Assembly (NCBI GenBank): GCA_963812155.1
Contig: CAWETW010000004.1
Span: 138,305-202,304 of the forward strand
DNA from: Vulcanimicrobiota bacterium
Lineage (GTDB): Bacteria; Vulcanimicrobiota; Vulcanimicrobiia; Vulcanimicrobiales; Vulcanimicrobiaceae
Length of the DNA: 64,000 nt
Direction: 5' to 3'
In this document: positions 9,926 to 17,064 of the stretch, in pieces
Layout: each line of letters begins with the position of its first letter
How positions within the stretch are numbered: position 1 is the first letter of the stretch
Translations under genes and position numbers: made by a program
Notes under the pieces: generated by a model
Seen by the model: the letters and a program-made list of their open reading frames with translations, nothing else
Database searches by the model: none
Told to the model about the DNA's origin: nothing

Positions 9926-10028
9926 CCTCCAAGCCGGTGCGGGTTACTCACGCGATTTGGAAGCACGCGGACAAGCGCCTTTGTCCATCGGTGACGCCGA
10001 ATCTGTGGTTTTGGCTAAGGAAGGCTCG

Positions 10029-10054
10029 GTTTAGTCCAACTCGTCTTCGGCTCG
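10029..10054 (-). repeat. Half copy of the palindromic element
   Basis: Reverse complement CGAGCCGAAGACGAGTTGGACTAAAC versus copy-1 right arm CGAGCTGACAACGAGTTGGGCTAAAT. Confidence 0.55.
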
Positions 10055-10058
10055 CGCC

Positions 10059-10691
10059 TCAGATACCGAACGACGGATAGACGCCGTGTATTCCCGTAAT
10101 GATGAGTTCGATGGCGATGGCGAGGATGAGGAAGCCCAAGATGCGATCGATCGCGCCCAAGACGCCCGGGCCCATGCGTCTGGCCAGCGGCCCGCCGACT
10201 CGCAGCAGCACGTAGACGAGCACGCCCATTGCAACAATCGCGCTCACGATGCCGATCATCCAGGTCGCCGGATCGGGGCGCGCCGCCAGCGCCATGACCA
10301 CCCCGATCGCCCCGGGACCGGCAAGCATCGGCATTGCCATCGGGCTGAACGCGATATCTTGCTTCTCGCCGGCCTCGGCGTTCTCGGCAGCCGTCAAACG
10401 GCTGGACGCCGTCACCATCGTCCATGCGGTGTGCGCGACGATCAGGCCGCCGGCGATGCGCAATGCGGCGAGCGAAATCCCAAAGAACTCGAGAACGAAG
10501 GAGCCGGCAAGCGCGAACGCCACGAGGATCGCGATCACGAAGAGTGCGACCCGCAGGGCCGTGGAGTTGCGCTCGGCTTCGCTGTCGCCGCTGGTGAGGG
10601 CAAAGAATACCGCAAGTCCGCCGATCGGGTTCACGATCGGAAAGAGGGCGGCGAACGCGGTAATCGCCGCGCTCGCGACGGCGGGAAGCAT
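10059..10691 (-). CDS. marC: MarC family integral membrane protein
   Basis: LFPIVNPIG, FFGIS..ALRIAGG, PMAMPMLAGPGAI, RILGFLILAIA. Confidence 0.9.
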   Translation of the reverse strand: MLPAVASAAITAFAALFPIVNPIGGLAVFFALTSGDSEAERNSTALRVALFVIAILVAFALAGSFVLEFFGISLAALRIAGGLIVAHTAWTMVTASSRLTAAENAEAGEKQDIAFSPMAMPMLAGPGAIGVVMALAARPDPATWMIGIVSAIVAMGVLVYVLLRVGGPLARRMGPGVLGAIDRILGFLILAIAIELIITGIHGVYPSFGI

Positions 10692-10821
10692 TGCGGCGCG
10701 GTACGGGTTCGCGGTTGGCCCGACCTTCCTCGGGTCACGCGCGACGCCGCTCCTTCGCTCTTTTCATTCATAGGAACCCGCCGGAAAACCGTCTAAACGC
10801 CACTGCCCTGGAGGGCCCGAC

Positions 10822-11244
10822 GTGAACGCAATGTCCCGCCGTTTCGTCACCGTTTCCGCCACGATGCTGACGTGCGTGGCGCTGCTTACGGCCCGCGCTC
10901 CAGCGGAGATTCTGATCGCGGTGGGCGACAGCGTGACGGTCGCCAACGAACCCGTGAGCGACTGTAACGCGAAGGCCAAGACGGCCCTCGGCAGCGTCCT
11001 TCAGAACGCCGGCGACAACGGCGCAGGCGTGTGGCTCGCGTACGGGCCGTCCGACGCTTCGGGACACTCGTCGGCCACCGCCGCCATTCATTGCTACCCG
11101 CTCGACAACGGCTACAACGTGAGCTTCACGTGCGCCGTCGAAGTGCCGCCCAATCCCGACACGGCCACGACGCTGTGCACGAAACTCGCTGCGGCATTCC
11201 CGTCTCTGAAAGCCGCCCTCGTGACGGGTCAGAGCGGACGATGA
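10822..11244 (+). CDS. Secreted Cys-containing hypothetical protein
   Basis: Signal peptide; four mature Cys; similar to the N-domain of the next gene. Confidence 0.7.
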   Translation: MNAMSRRFVTVSATMLTCVALLTARAPAEILIAVGDSVTVANEPVSDCNAKAKTALGSVLQNAGDNGAGVWLAYGPSDASGHSSATAAIHCYPLDNGYNVSFTCAVEVPPNPDTATTLCTKLAAAFPSLKAALVTGQSGR

Positions 11245-11909
11245 GGGCGTCGATGCAACGCATTCGCTTCACCGTCGCGTACGCGCTGGTCGCCGTCGCG
11301 GCGCTCGCGTTTGGATCGCCTGCGCCCGCCGCCGTGCAAATGTCGACCGGCATCCGGTACGTGATTCCAACCGGTACCGTCGCCAACTGCAGCGACAAGG
11401 CCAAGACCGCACTCGGCGCTTACCTTCAGAATCCCGTTGAGAAGACGGCCGGCGGTGGCGAATGGTCGGCAACCGGACCGATCGGCGTCACTGGACCGGT
11501 CACGGCCGGCGCCGTCGTACGCTGCCTGGCAGCCGCGAAGGGTTACGCCGTAACGTTTACGTGCGTGGTGCAGATTCCGGGAAATCCCTACGATGCCGAC
11601 GCGCTCTGCCTCGACATCGCGCACAACTTTTCTGGCAAGCCGGTGAAGCCGCTGCCCACGCCTTCGCCGTTGCCGACCGGCTGCACGCCGGCGAATCTCG
11701 TCGGCACGTGGACGTCCGACGACAAGCCCGGCCTGACGTTACAAATGGACGTCAACGGCGGTCTCACCGATAGCGACGGCGTCTCCGGCAACTGGAACCT
11801 GTACGGAAGTACTGCATCGCTTACGTACTACGGCACGCATTCAATGACGCTTTCGCCGGATGGAAAACATTTGCGCGGCAGCGGCTACAACTTCACCCGC
11901 AAGTGCTAA
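11241..11909 (+). CDS. Secreted Cys-containing hypothetical protein (paralog of upstream gene plus C-terminal domain)
   Basis: ATGA overlap with upstream stop; signal peptide; PTPSPLPT linker; LVGTW motif. Confidence 0.7.
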   Translation: MRASMQRIRFTVAYALVAVAALAFGSPAPAAVQMSTGIRYVIPTGTVANCSDKAKTALGAYLQNPVEKTAGGGEWSATGPIGVTGPVTAGAVVRCLAAAKGYAVTFTCVVQIPGNPYDADALCLDIAHNFSGKPVKPLPTPSPLPTGCTPANLVGTWTSDDKPGLTLQMDVNGGLTDSDGVSGNWNLYGSTASLTYYGTHSMTLSPDGKHLRGSGYNFTRKC

Positions 11910-12010
11910 AAAGCGCTGATTTTTTGCAAATCTAGGAAGCGACGAACGAAGTTTACTACGGTAAACGAGTTCCGAGCTGACGACGAGTTGCGATAAATCA
12001 GCGCTTTTTA
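11907..12010. repeat. ~100-bp palindromic MITE-like element, copy 2
   Basis: Perfect 16-bp terminal IR TAAAAAGCGCTGATTT / AAATCAGCGCTTTTTA; core homologous to 2884-2984. Confidence 0.8.
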
Positions 12011-12700
12011 GGTTCCGTAGCGTCTTTGGCGGAGGGCAAAGGCGTCCAATGCGGTTTGCAGGTGCGTTTCGTTGAAGTCGGGCCAATAGATCGGCGTGGC
12101 CCAAAACTCGGCATAGGCCGATTGAAAAAGCAAGAAATTCGATAGCCGAAGTTCGCCGCCCGTGCGAATCACCAAATCGGGATCGGGCAGGCCCGCGGTA
12201 TACAGGCGGCTGCCGACGGCGTGTTCGTCGATGGAATCGGCATCGCGCAATCCGCTGCTCACTTCCCGCGCGAGCGCGCGCACGGCGTCACCGATTTCGC
12301 TGCGCCCGCCATAGTCGATCGCCAGGTTGAGCGTCACCCCGTCGTTGCGCTCGCTTTCGTTCACGAGCGCGTCCAGCGCCGTGCGCGTGCGCGGTGGAAG
12401 ACGGTCGTTACGGCCGCACAGCCGCACGCGAACGCCTTCACGTGCGAGCGCGCGCAGTTCGCCGACGGCGGCGCGCGCGCACAGGTCCATGAGCAGACTC
12501 ACTTCGGCTTGCGGACGGTTCCAGTTCTCTTCCGAGAAGGCGAAGGCGGTGACGACGCGTATCTGGGCGCGGCGCGCCGCGCGCAGCGTTTTCCGCAGCG
12601 CGCGAATGCCGCGCTTGTAGCCGTAGGCAATCGGCAGGCCGCGCTGCGTTGCCCAGCGGCGGTTGCCGTCCATGACGATCGCGACGTGGCGCGGCGTCAC
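12008..12700 (-). CDS. uppS: cis-prenyltransferase (undecaprenyl diphosphate synthase family)
   Basis: HVAIVMDGNRRWA, AFSEENWNRP, YGGRSEI, DLVIRTGGELRLSNFLL. Confidence 0.93.
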   Translation of the reverse strand: MTPRHVAIVMDGNRRWATQRGLPIAYGYKRGIRALRKTLRAARRAQIRVVTAFAFSEENWNRPQAEVSLLMDLCARAAVGELRALAREGVRVRLCGRNDRLPPRTRTALDALVNESERNDGVTLNLAIDYGGRSEIGDAVRALAREVSSGLRDADSIDEHAVGSRLYTAGLPDPDLVIRTGGELRLSNFLLFQSAYAEFWATPIYWPDFNETHLQTALDAFALRQRRYGT

Positions 12701-13056
12701 GTCGTCGCCAGCTTGCGGGCGGACGGTGCATCGGCACGCTCGTGCACGTCGCGGACGACGGATTCCAGTTCGTCGACGTAGGCGAGAAAACGCTTGCGTC
12801 CCCGTTTGGTGATGCGATAGAGCGTTACCGGGCGTCCCGAACCGCGCAGCTTCTCGGTGGTCACGATACCGAGATCGGCAAGCGCGTGCACGTGGCGATT
12901 AAGATTGCCGTCGGTGAGATCGCAGGCGGCTTGCAGATCGGTGAACGTCAGTCCATCGGAGTGCGCGATCAAACACGTGCAGATGGCCAGCCGCCCTCGT
13001 TCGTGGAAGATGCGCTCCAGCCCGGGGTAGGCGAAAGGCGCTTCGCGCTCGTTCAT
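12697..13056 (-). CDS. Winged-helix transcriptional regulator (MarR/ArsR-like)
   Basis: IFHERGRLAI...LTFTDL...LTDGNLNRH...Y.IT..GR..F; ATG 13056. Confidence 0.85.
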   Translation of the reverse strand: MNEREAPFAYPGLERIFHERGRLAICTCLIAHSDGLTFTDLQAACDLTDGNLNRHVHALADLGIVTTEKLRGSGRPVTLYRITKRGRKRFLAYVDELESVVRDVHERADAPSARKLATT

Positions 13057-13652
13057 GACGCGCGCTGCCGCCAAATGAGGGTGCCGATCGCGATTTGCCC
13101 GATGCCGAAGCCGAGCGGCATCACCCACCATGCGAGCGAGTACTCCGAGAACCGCGTCACGAGAAAAATCAGCGCCAGCGCCGAGAAGGCTAACGTTACG
13201 GAAAGCGTCGCCGCCGGGATCGCGCCGCGCGAAGCAAACAAACCGAGCGCGTATACCGCGAACCACATTCCGGGAAGCAAGACGTAGGCTTGATGGTCGA
13301 GGAGCGCAACCGTGAGCGCGCCGCCCAGCGCCACGCTCGGTGCGATTGAGCGGGCCGCCGTGCGGAACTGGCTCTGTACCCCCGGTCCGCGGTGCTTCAT
13401 CATCCAGACCGCGACGGCGCCGTAATTGAGGGCGAGGGCGACCGCCAGGCACGACATCCAGATCGTCACGTAGGCGTGCAGCGCTTCGGGCGTAGCCGGC
13501 AGCGGAGCGACGGTGAACTGCACGTATCCGGCGATCAAGGCGGCAAGACCGCTGGCGAAGGCCGCCGGCCCCGAGTACCCTTCGAAGCGTTGCACGTGAG
13601 CCAGCCGATCCCGGACCTCGGCCAAATCCGACAGCGCCTGCTGCAAGTCCAT
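13053..13652 (-). CDS. Integral membrane hypothetical protein
   Basis: About 6 hydrophobic segments; first gene of a coupled three-gene operon. Confidence 0.75.
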   Translation of the reverse strand: MDLQQALSDLAEVRDRLAHVQRFEGYSGPAAFASGLAALIAGYVQFTVAPLPATPEALHAYVTIWMSCLAVALALNYGAVAVWMMKHRGPGVQSQFRTAARSIAPSVALGGALTVALLDHQAYVLLPGMWFAVYALGLFASRGAIPAATLSVTLAFSALALIFLVTRFSEYSLAWWVMPLGFGIGQIAIGTLIWRQRAS

Positions 13653-13663
13653 CCTTATCCTTT

Positions 13664-13702
13664 GCTTTGCATCACAAAGCCTTTATTCTTTGTATCACAG
13701 AG
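13664..13702. promoter_or_regulatory. Tandem palindromic operators, probably for the wHTH regulator
   Basis: GCTTTG-CATCA-CAAAGC (13664-13680) and CTTTG-TATCA-CAGAG (13688-13702), 23 bp apart, just upstream of the operon. Confidence 0.65.
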
Positions 13703-13732
13703 TAAAGCTGATGGCAAGCGGGTGCTCCGCAA

Positions 13733-14143
13733 TTAGCAAGCGAGGCAACGGATGTGCCGGGTGGCGCGGGCGTATTCGTGCAGTTGCCGGTCGCGCGTCA
13801 TCAGCTTGGCCCCAAGAGACGCTGCCGTCGAGACCAGGATTCGATCTGCCGGATCGGCGTGCAGACGCCCGGGAAGGGTCGTCGCGCCGGCGGCAGTTGC
13901 GGGCGTGAGGGTGGCCGTCACGACGCCCCGGCGGCCGAAAAGTGCGCGCACGTAATCCGCGACGGGCATAGCCAGCGCGAGCCTGCCCGTTTTGACGAGC
14001 ACTCCAATCTCCCACGCACTAATAGGCGAGAGCAACAACTCATTTCGCGAAGCGGCATCGTCGATAGCCGCGGTCACGGACTTCGAGAGCCGGCCTTCAA
14101 CGGCCCAGACCGCAGCGTGGGTATCAAGCAAAATTGGGTTCAT
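13733..14143 (-). CDS. vapC: PIN-domain toxin (VapC family)
   Basis: ILLDTHA, LSPISAWEI, HADPADRIL, LMTRD. Confidence 0.9.
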   Translation of the reverse strand: MNPILLDTHAAVWAVEGRLSKSVTAAIDDAASRNELLLSPISAWEIGVLVKTGRLALAMPVADYVRALFGRRGVVTATLTPATAAGATTLPGRLHADPADRILVSTAASLGAKLMTRDRQLHEYARATRHIRCLAC

Positions 14144-14423
14144 CTGCCTCCCACTCGACACCGGTCGGCGAGATCAGGTCACCGGCTTTAACGATGACCC
14201 CGCTCAACGAACCACAGAACGCTTCGGCATCCGAAATGGGCAGGAGCCGCGCTACCGGCCGTCTGTGTTTTGTAATAACGATTTCGGCGCCCAATCGCTC
14301 GACCTCGTCCATGATTTCGAGACAGCGCGCCTTGAATTCGGCGGCCCCGACTTCGCGAGACCGCAGCATCAGCAACGATACCGGGTTTTCCGATTTTTTC
14401 GACCCTTTTTTATTTGTGGTCAT
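14124..14423 (-). CDS. Phd/YefM family antitoxin (start may be later)
   Basis: AAEFKARCLEIMDEV...IVITKHRRPVARL; overlaps the toxin start. Confidence 0.88.
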   Translation of the reverse strand: MTTNKKGSKKSENPVSLLMLRSREVGAAEFKARCLEIMDEVERLGAEIVITKHRRPVARLLPISDAEAFCGSLSGVIVKAGDLISPTGVEWEADEPNFA

Positions 14424-14492
14424 ATGTTATTACCACTATATCAAGGCCAGATTTTGTCCGTCGACCGGCCCGCGGCGCCGGCCCGGCGCCTG

Positions 14493-14521
14493 TTGCATCG
14501 CCGCTGGCCGTATGCTATAGT
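14493..14521 (+). promoter_or_regulatory. Sigma70-type promoter of the leader/HDO transcript
   Basis: TTGCAT (14493-98), 17-nt spacer, TATAGT (14516-21), with extended -10 TG. Confidence 0.7.
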
Positions 14522-14533
14522 GGCGCTCACATT

Positions 14534-14608
14534 ATGTTGAACCTGGTGTCCGCGCAATCGTATTATTATCCGACCGGCTTCCATCGGCTCGGCGTGCTAT
14601 TGCGTTAA
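14534..14608 (+). CDS. Attenuator leader peptide with three consecutive Tyr (MLNLVSAQSYYYPTGFHRLGVLLR)
   Basis: ATG 14534, TAT-TAT-TAT 14561-14569, TAA 14606-08; lies between the promoter and the terminator. Confidence 0.75.
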   Translation: MLNLVSAQSYYYPTGFHRLGVLLR

Positions 14609-14630
14609 CGAAAGACTAAGAGGAACCAGC

Positions 14631-14669
14631 AAAGCCGTCTCGCCGATGCGAGGCGGTTTTTTTGTTTTT
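14631..14669 (+). terminator. Attenuator intrinsic terminator upstream of the HDO gene
   Basis: AAAGCCGTCTCGC-CGAT-GCGAGGCGGTTTT hairpin with T7 tract, located before the RBS TAAGGAG of ORF 14683. Confidence 0.85.
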
Positions 14670-14682
14670 GTAAGGAGATTGC

Positions 14683-15456
14683 ATGTCCGCCACAATCGAT
14701 TCCGTTCCGAGCCTCGCCGCCTTCAGGCGATCCGTCGCCGGCTGCATCGAAGGCCATCCGATCGTGCGCGCTAACCGCTACGCGGCGTGGTTCTCGCGCG
14801 GGGACGCGACGCTCGACGAACTGCGGGCCTTCACGGTGCAGTTTTCGGTTTTTAGCCATCTCTTCATTGAGGCACAGCTGCGCAAGTGCATCAACGCGCC
14901 CGACATGCAGAGTTACCGGGCCGGCAAGGAGATTCTCCTCAACGAGTTGGGGGTAGTCTTTGCGCCTTCGGGCAGCATCGAAGGCGGAACGTTTCGCTTC
15001 TCGGCGGGCCACTTCGAATGGCTCGCCCGATTCGCCGAAGCATTGGGCCTCGAGTGGAACGACATCGGAAAGCGTTCGCTCGGAACGCCGGCGACGCTGG
15101 CCTTTTGCGACGCGCTCATGGACTGGTATGGGTCGAGCGATCCGTCGACGGCGGCGGGAGCATCGCACGCGATCGAACACTGGGCTGCCGCAGGATTTTG
15201 GAAGGAGTTGATCGCCGGTTTACGGCTCGTCAAAGCCCGCTCGTTACCGGACCTTCCGCTCGGCTTTTGGACGTGGCACGATGCGCTGGAAGATCAACAT
15301 GCCGCCCACACCGACGAGGAGCTTTGCGAAGCGTTCAAGAGCCCGGGTTTTTCGCCGGACCGATTCATCGCCTCGGGACGTGCGATGCTCGATGCCGTAG
15401 CGGAGTTCTGGAATGGTCTGGACGAGTCTCGTCTGATGCGATCGACGGCAGCGTAA
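14683..15456 (+). CDS. Heme-oxygenase-like dimetal oxidase (HDO; CADD/PqqC/TenA-like fold), function unknown
   Basis: Helical protein with candidate ligands E88, H110, E165 and H199-x3-E203-x2-H206; C-terminal AMLDAVAEFWNGL helix; strong RBS. Confidence 0.75.
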   Translation: MSATIDSVPSLAAFRRSVAGCIEGHPIVRANRYAAWFSRGDATLDELRAFTVQFSVFSHLFIEAQLRKCINAPDMQSYRAGKEILLNELGVVFAPSGSIEGGTFRFSAGHFEWLARFAEALGLEWNDIGKRSLGTPATLAFCDALMDWYGSSDPSTAAGASHAIEHWAAAGFWKELIAGLRLVKARSLPDLPLGFWTWHDALEDQHAAHTDEELCEAFKSPGFSPDRFIASGRAMLDAVAEFWNGLDESRLMRSTAA

Positions 15457-15475
15457 GAACGTGAGGGCGGGTGAC

Positions 15476-15841
15476 TTACTCCGGCGGCTGCCACAGTTCG
15501 ATGGGATTCCCCTCGGGGTCGTGCAGACGAGCGAAACGTCCAACGTCCGGATAGGACTCCGGGTCATTCACCTCAATTCCCGCCGATCGCAGTTGCTCGA
15601 TCGTTTTGTCGAGATCGCGCACTCGAAAGTTCACCATCCAGGCTTTGCGAGTGTCGCCGAAATAGTCGGTCGTTTCGGGAAAAGGCGTGATAAGGGTCGG
15701 TCCGGCCTCTTGTTGCCACACGTCTGTGCCCTCGCTCGTCGGCGTGAGCGGTATCCCTAAGTGCTCGAGGTACCAACGACCTAAGGCTTCCGGATCGTGA
15801 GCTCGGAAGAACAACCCTCCGATCCCGGATACTTTTTCCAT
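15476..15841 (-). CDS. VOC/glyoxalase family protein
   Basis: GIGGLFFRAHDP..L.RWY, MVNFRVRDLD, GRFARLHDPEGNPIELW. Confidence 0.9.
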   Translation of the reverse strand: MEKVSGIGGLFFRAHDPEALGRWYLEHLGIPLTPTSEGTDVWQQEAGPTLITPFPETTDYFGDTRKAWMVNFRVRDLDKTIEQLRSAGIEVNDPESYPDVGRFARLHDPEGNPIELWQPPE

Positions 15842-15885
15842 ACCATTCTTTCATATTGATGCGGCCGACGCACCTTTACGAAATG

Positions 15886-15912
15886 AAAAAGCCCGAGCGA
15901 AAATCGCCGGCC
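15886..15912 (-). terminator. Probable terminator of rpsF-ssb
   Basis: Minus strand GGCCGGCGATTTTCGCTCGGGCTTTTT. Confidence 0.5.
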
Positions 15913-15977
15913 CTTCGACTGCGCCTGTCCTGAGCGGAGCGTGCGAAGCACGCGTAGTCGAAGGGCTCAGGATGACA
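15911..15977. repeat. REP-like palindromic repeat, copy B
   Basis: CCCTTCGACT...AGTCGAAGGG IR enclosing GCGTGC-GAA-GCACGC, ending GCTCAGGATGACA. Confidence 0.75.
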
Positions 15978-15986
15978 AGTAGAAAG

Positions 15987-16442
15987 CTAAAACGGGATCT
16001 CGTCGTCGAGTTCGTCGCCGAAACCATCGCCGCCCGGCGATGCGGCCGGCGCTGCGGCGCCGGCGCGTCCGCCGTTGTGACCGCCGTACTCGGCGCTGTC
16101 GTCACCGCCGCCTCCGGCGGAGTCGCGGCGCGAGCCGAGCATCTGCATGTTGTCGATGACGACTTCGGTGGCTTTGCGTTTGTTGCCGTCTTTGTCGTCA
16201 TAGGAGCGAATGACGAGGCGCCCCTCGACGAGCGCGTTCATCCCCTTCTTGAGGTACGTGTTGCACGTTTCGCCGAGACGATCCCACGCGACGATGTCGA
16301 CGAAGGTCGTCTCCTCTTTGTTGCGCGGATTGTTCACCGCCAGCGTGAATTTCGTGACGCCTTTCCCCGACTGCAAGTAGCGGATCTCCGGGTCGCGCGT
16401 CAAGTTGCCGACCAGAATCACTCGATTGTACGAACCTGCCAT
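15987..16442 (-). CDS. ssb: Single-stranded DNA-binding protein
   Basis: NRVILVGNLTRDPE, VEGRL, acidic tail DDEIPF. Confidence 0.97.
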   Translation of the reverse strand: MAGSYNRVILVGNLTRDPEIRYLQSGKGVTKFTLAVNNPRNKEETTFVDIVAWDRLGETCNTYLKKGMNALVEGRLVIRSYDDKDGNKRKATEVVIDNMQMLGSRRDSAGGGGDDSAEYGGHNGGRAGAAAPAASPGGDGFGDELDDEIPF

Positions 16443-16481
16443 CGCTTTCTCTCTTTCGCTCTTTCGATTATGCCTGCAGGG

Positions 16482-16832
16482 CTAGAACGCTGGGACGGGG
16501 GCGGGCGGCGTCGCTGCCGCAACGGCAGCCATGTGCGCAATCATCTTCGCATCGAGCTTCACAACGAGGGCGCGCAGGACGTCTTCGTGCAGCTTTAGCA
16601 GGCGCTCGAGTTCTTTCGATCCGGCGCCGTCGCTCTGGAAGTGCATGACGACGTAGTAGCCCTCGCGCACGTCGGCGATCTCGTAGGCGAGCCGCTTCTT
16701 TCCGAGCTTCTCGACGTTGACGACTTCCCCGCGCTGGTTTTTCACGATCTCGGCGATCGCGGCGGCGCGCTCCTCGACCTCGTTTTCCTCGAGGGAGGGG
16801 CGCAGAATATAGGTTACCTCGTAATCGGTCAT
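16482..16832 (-). CDS. rpsF: 30S ribosomal protein S6
   Basis: YEVTYILRP, GKKRLAYEI, EGYY, DVLR; ATG 16832. Confidence 0.96.
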   Translation of the reverse strand: MTDYEVTYILRPSLEENEVEERAAAIAEIVKNQRGEVVNVEKLGKKRLAYEIADVREGYYVVMHFQSDGAGSKELERLLKLHEDVLRALVVKLDAKMIAHMAAVAAATPPAPVPAF

Positions 16833-16835
16833 GAT

Positions 16836-16895
16836 TTCCCATCTACGGACGTCCGCTTGGCGGACGGCCCGCCTAGCGCGGCGGGCAGCGGGTGA
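16836..16895 (-). promoter_or_regulatory. Probable S6:S18 autoregulatory ribosomal leader
   Basis: Hairpin CCCGCC-GCGCTA-GGCGGG followed by CCG, then a second hairpin GTCCGC-CAA-GCGGAC before the rpsF start. Confidence 0.55.
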
Positions 16896-17064
16896 GCCGC
16901 GGGCCGCTCGGGCCCCGGAACTCCCGCATCCTATCACACGTTTCGGGGCGCCAGCAATGACCCTCGGGCGGCATCTCGAACTCAATTCCCACCCGTTGCT
17001 CAGGAAACCCGAAGCCGGCTTGCTTAGGCTTCAGCAAGGAGACTAAAGGGAATAGCAACCTAGA

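Noticed and set aside
9965..10005. Possible ANTAR-type hairpin (CAAAGGCG) in the glnA leader
   Set aside because: Only one convincing hairpin (GGACAA-AGGCGC-TTGTCC); no second matching stem-loop or terminator.
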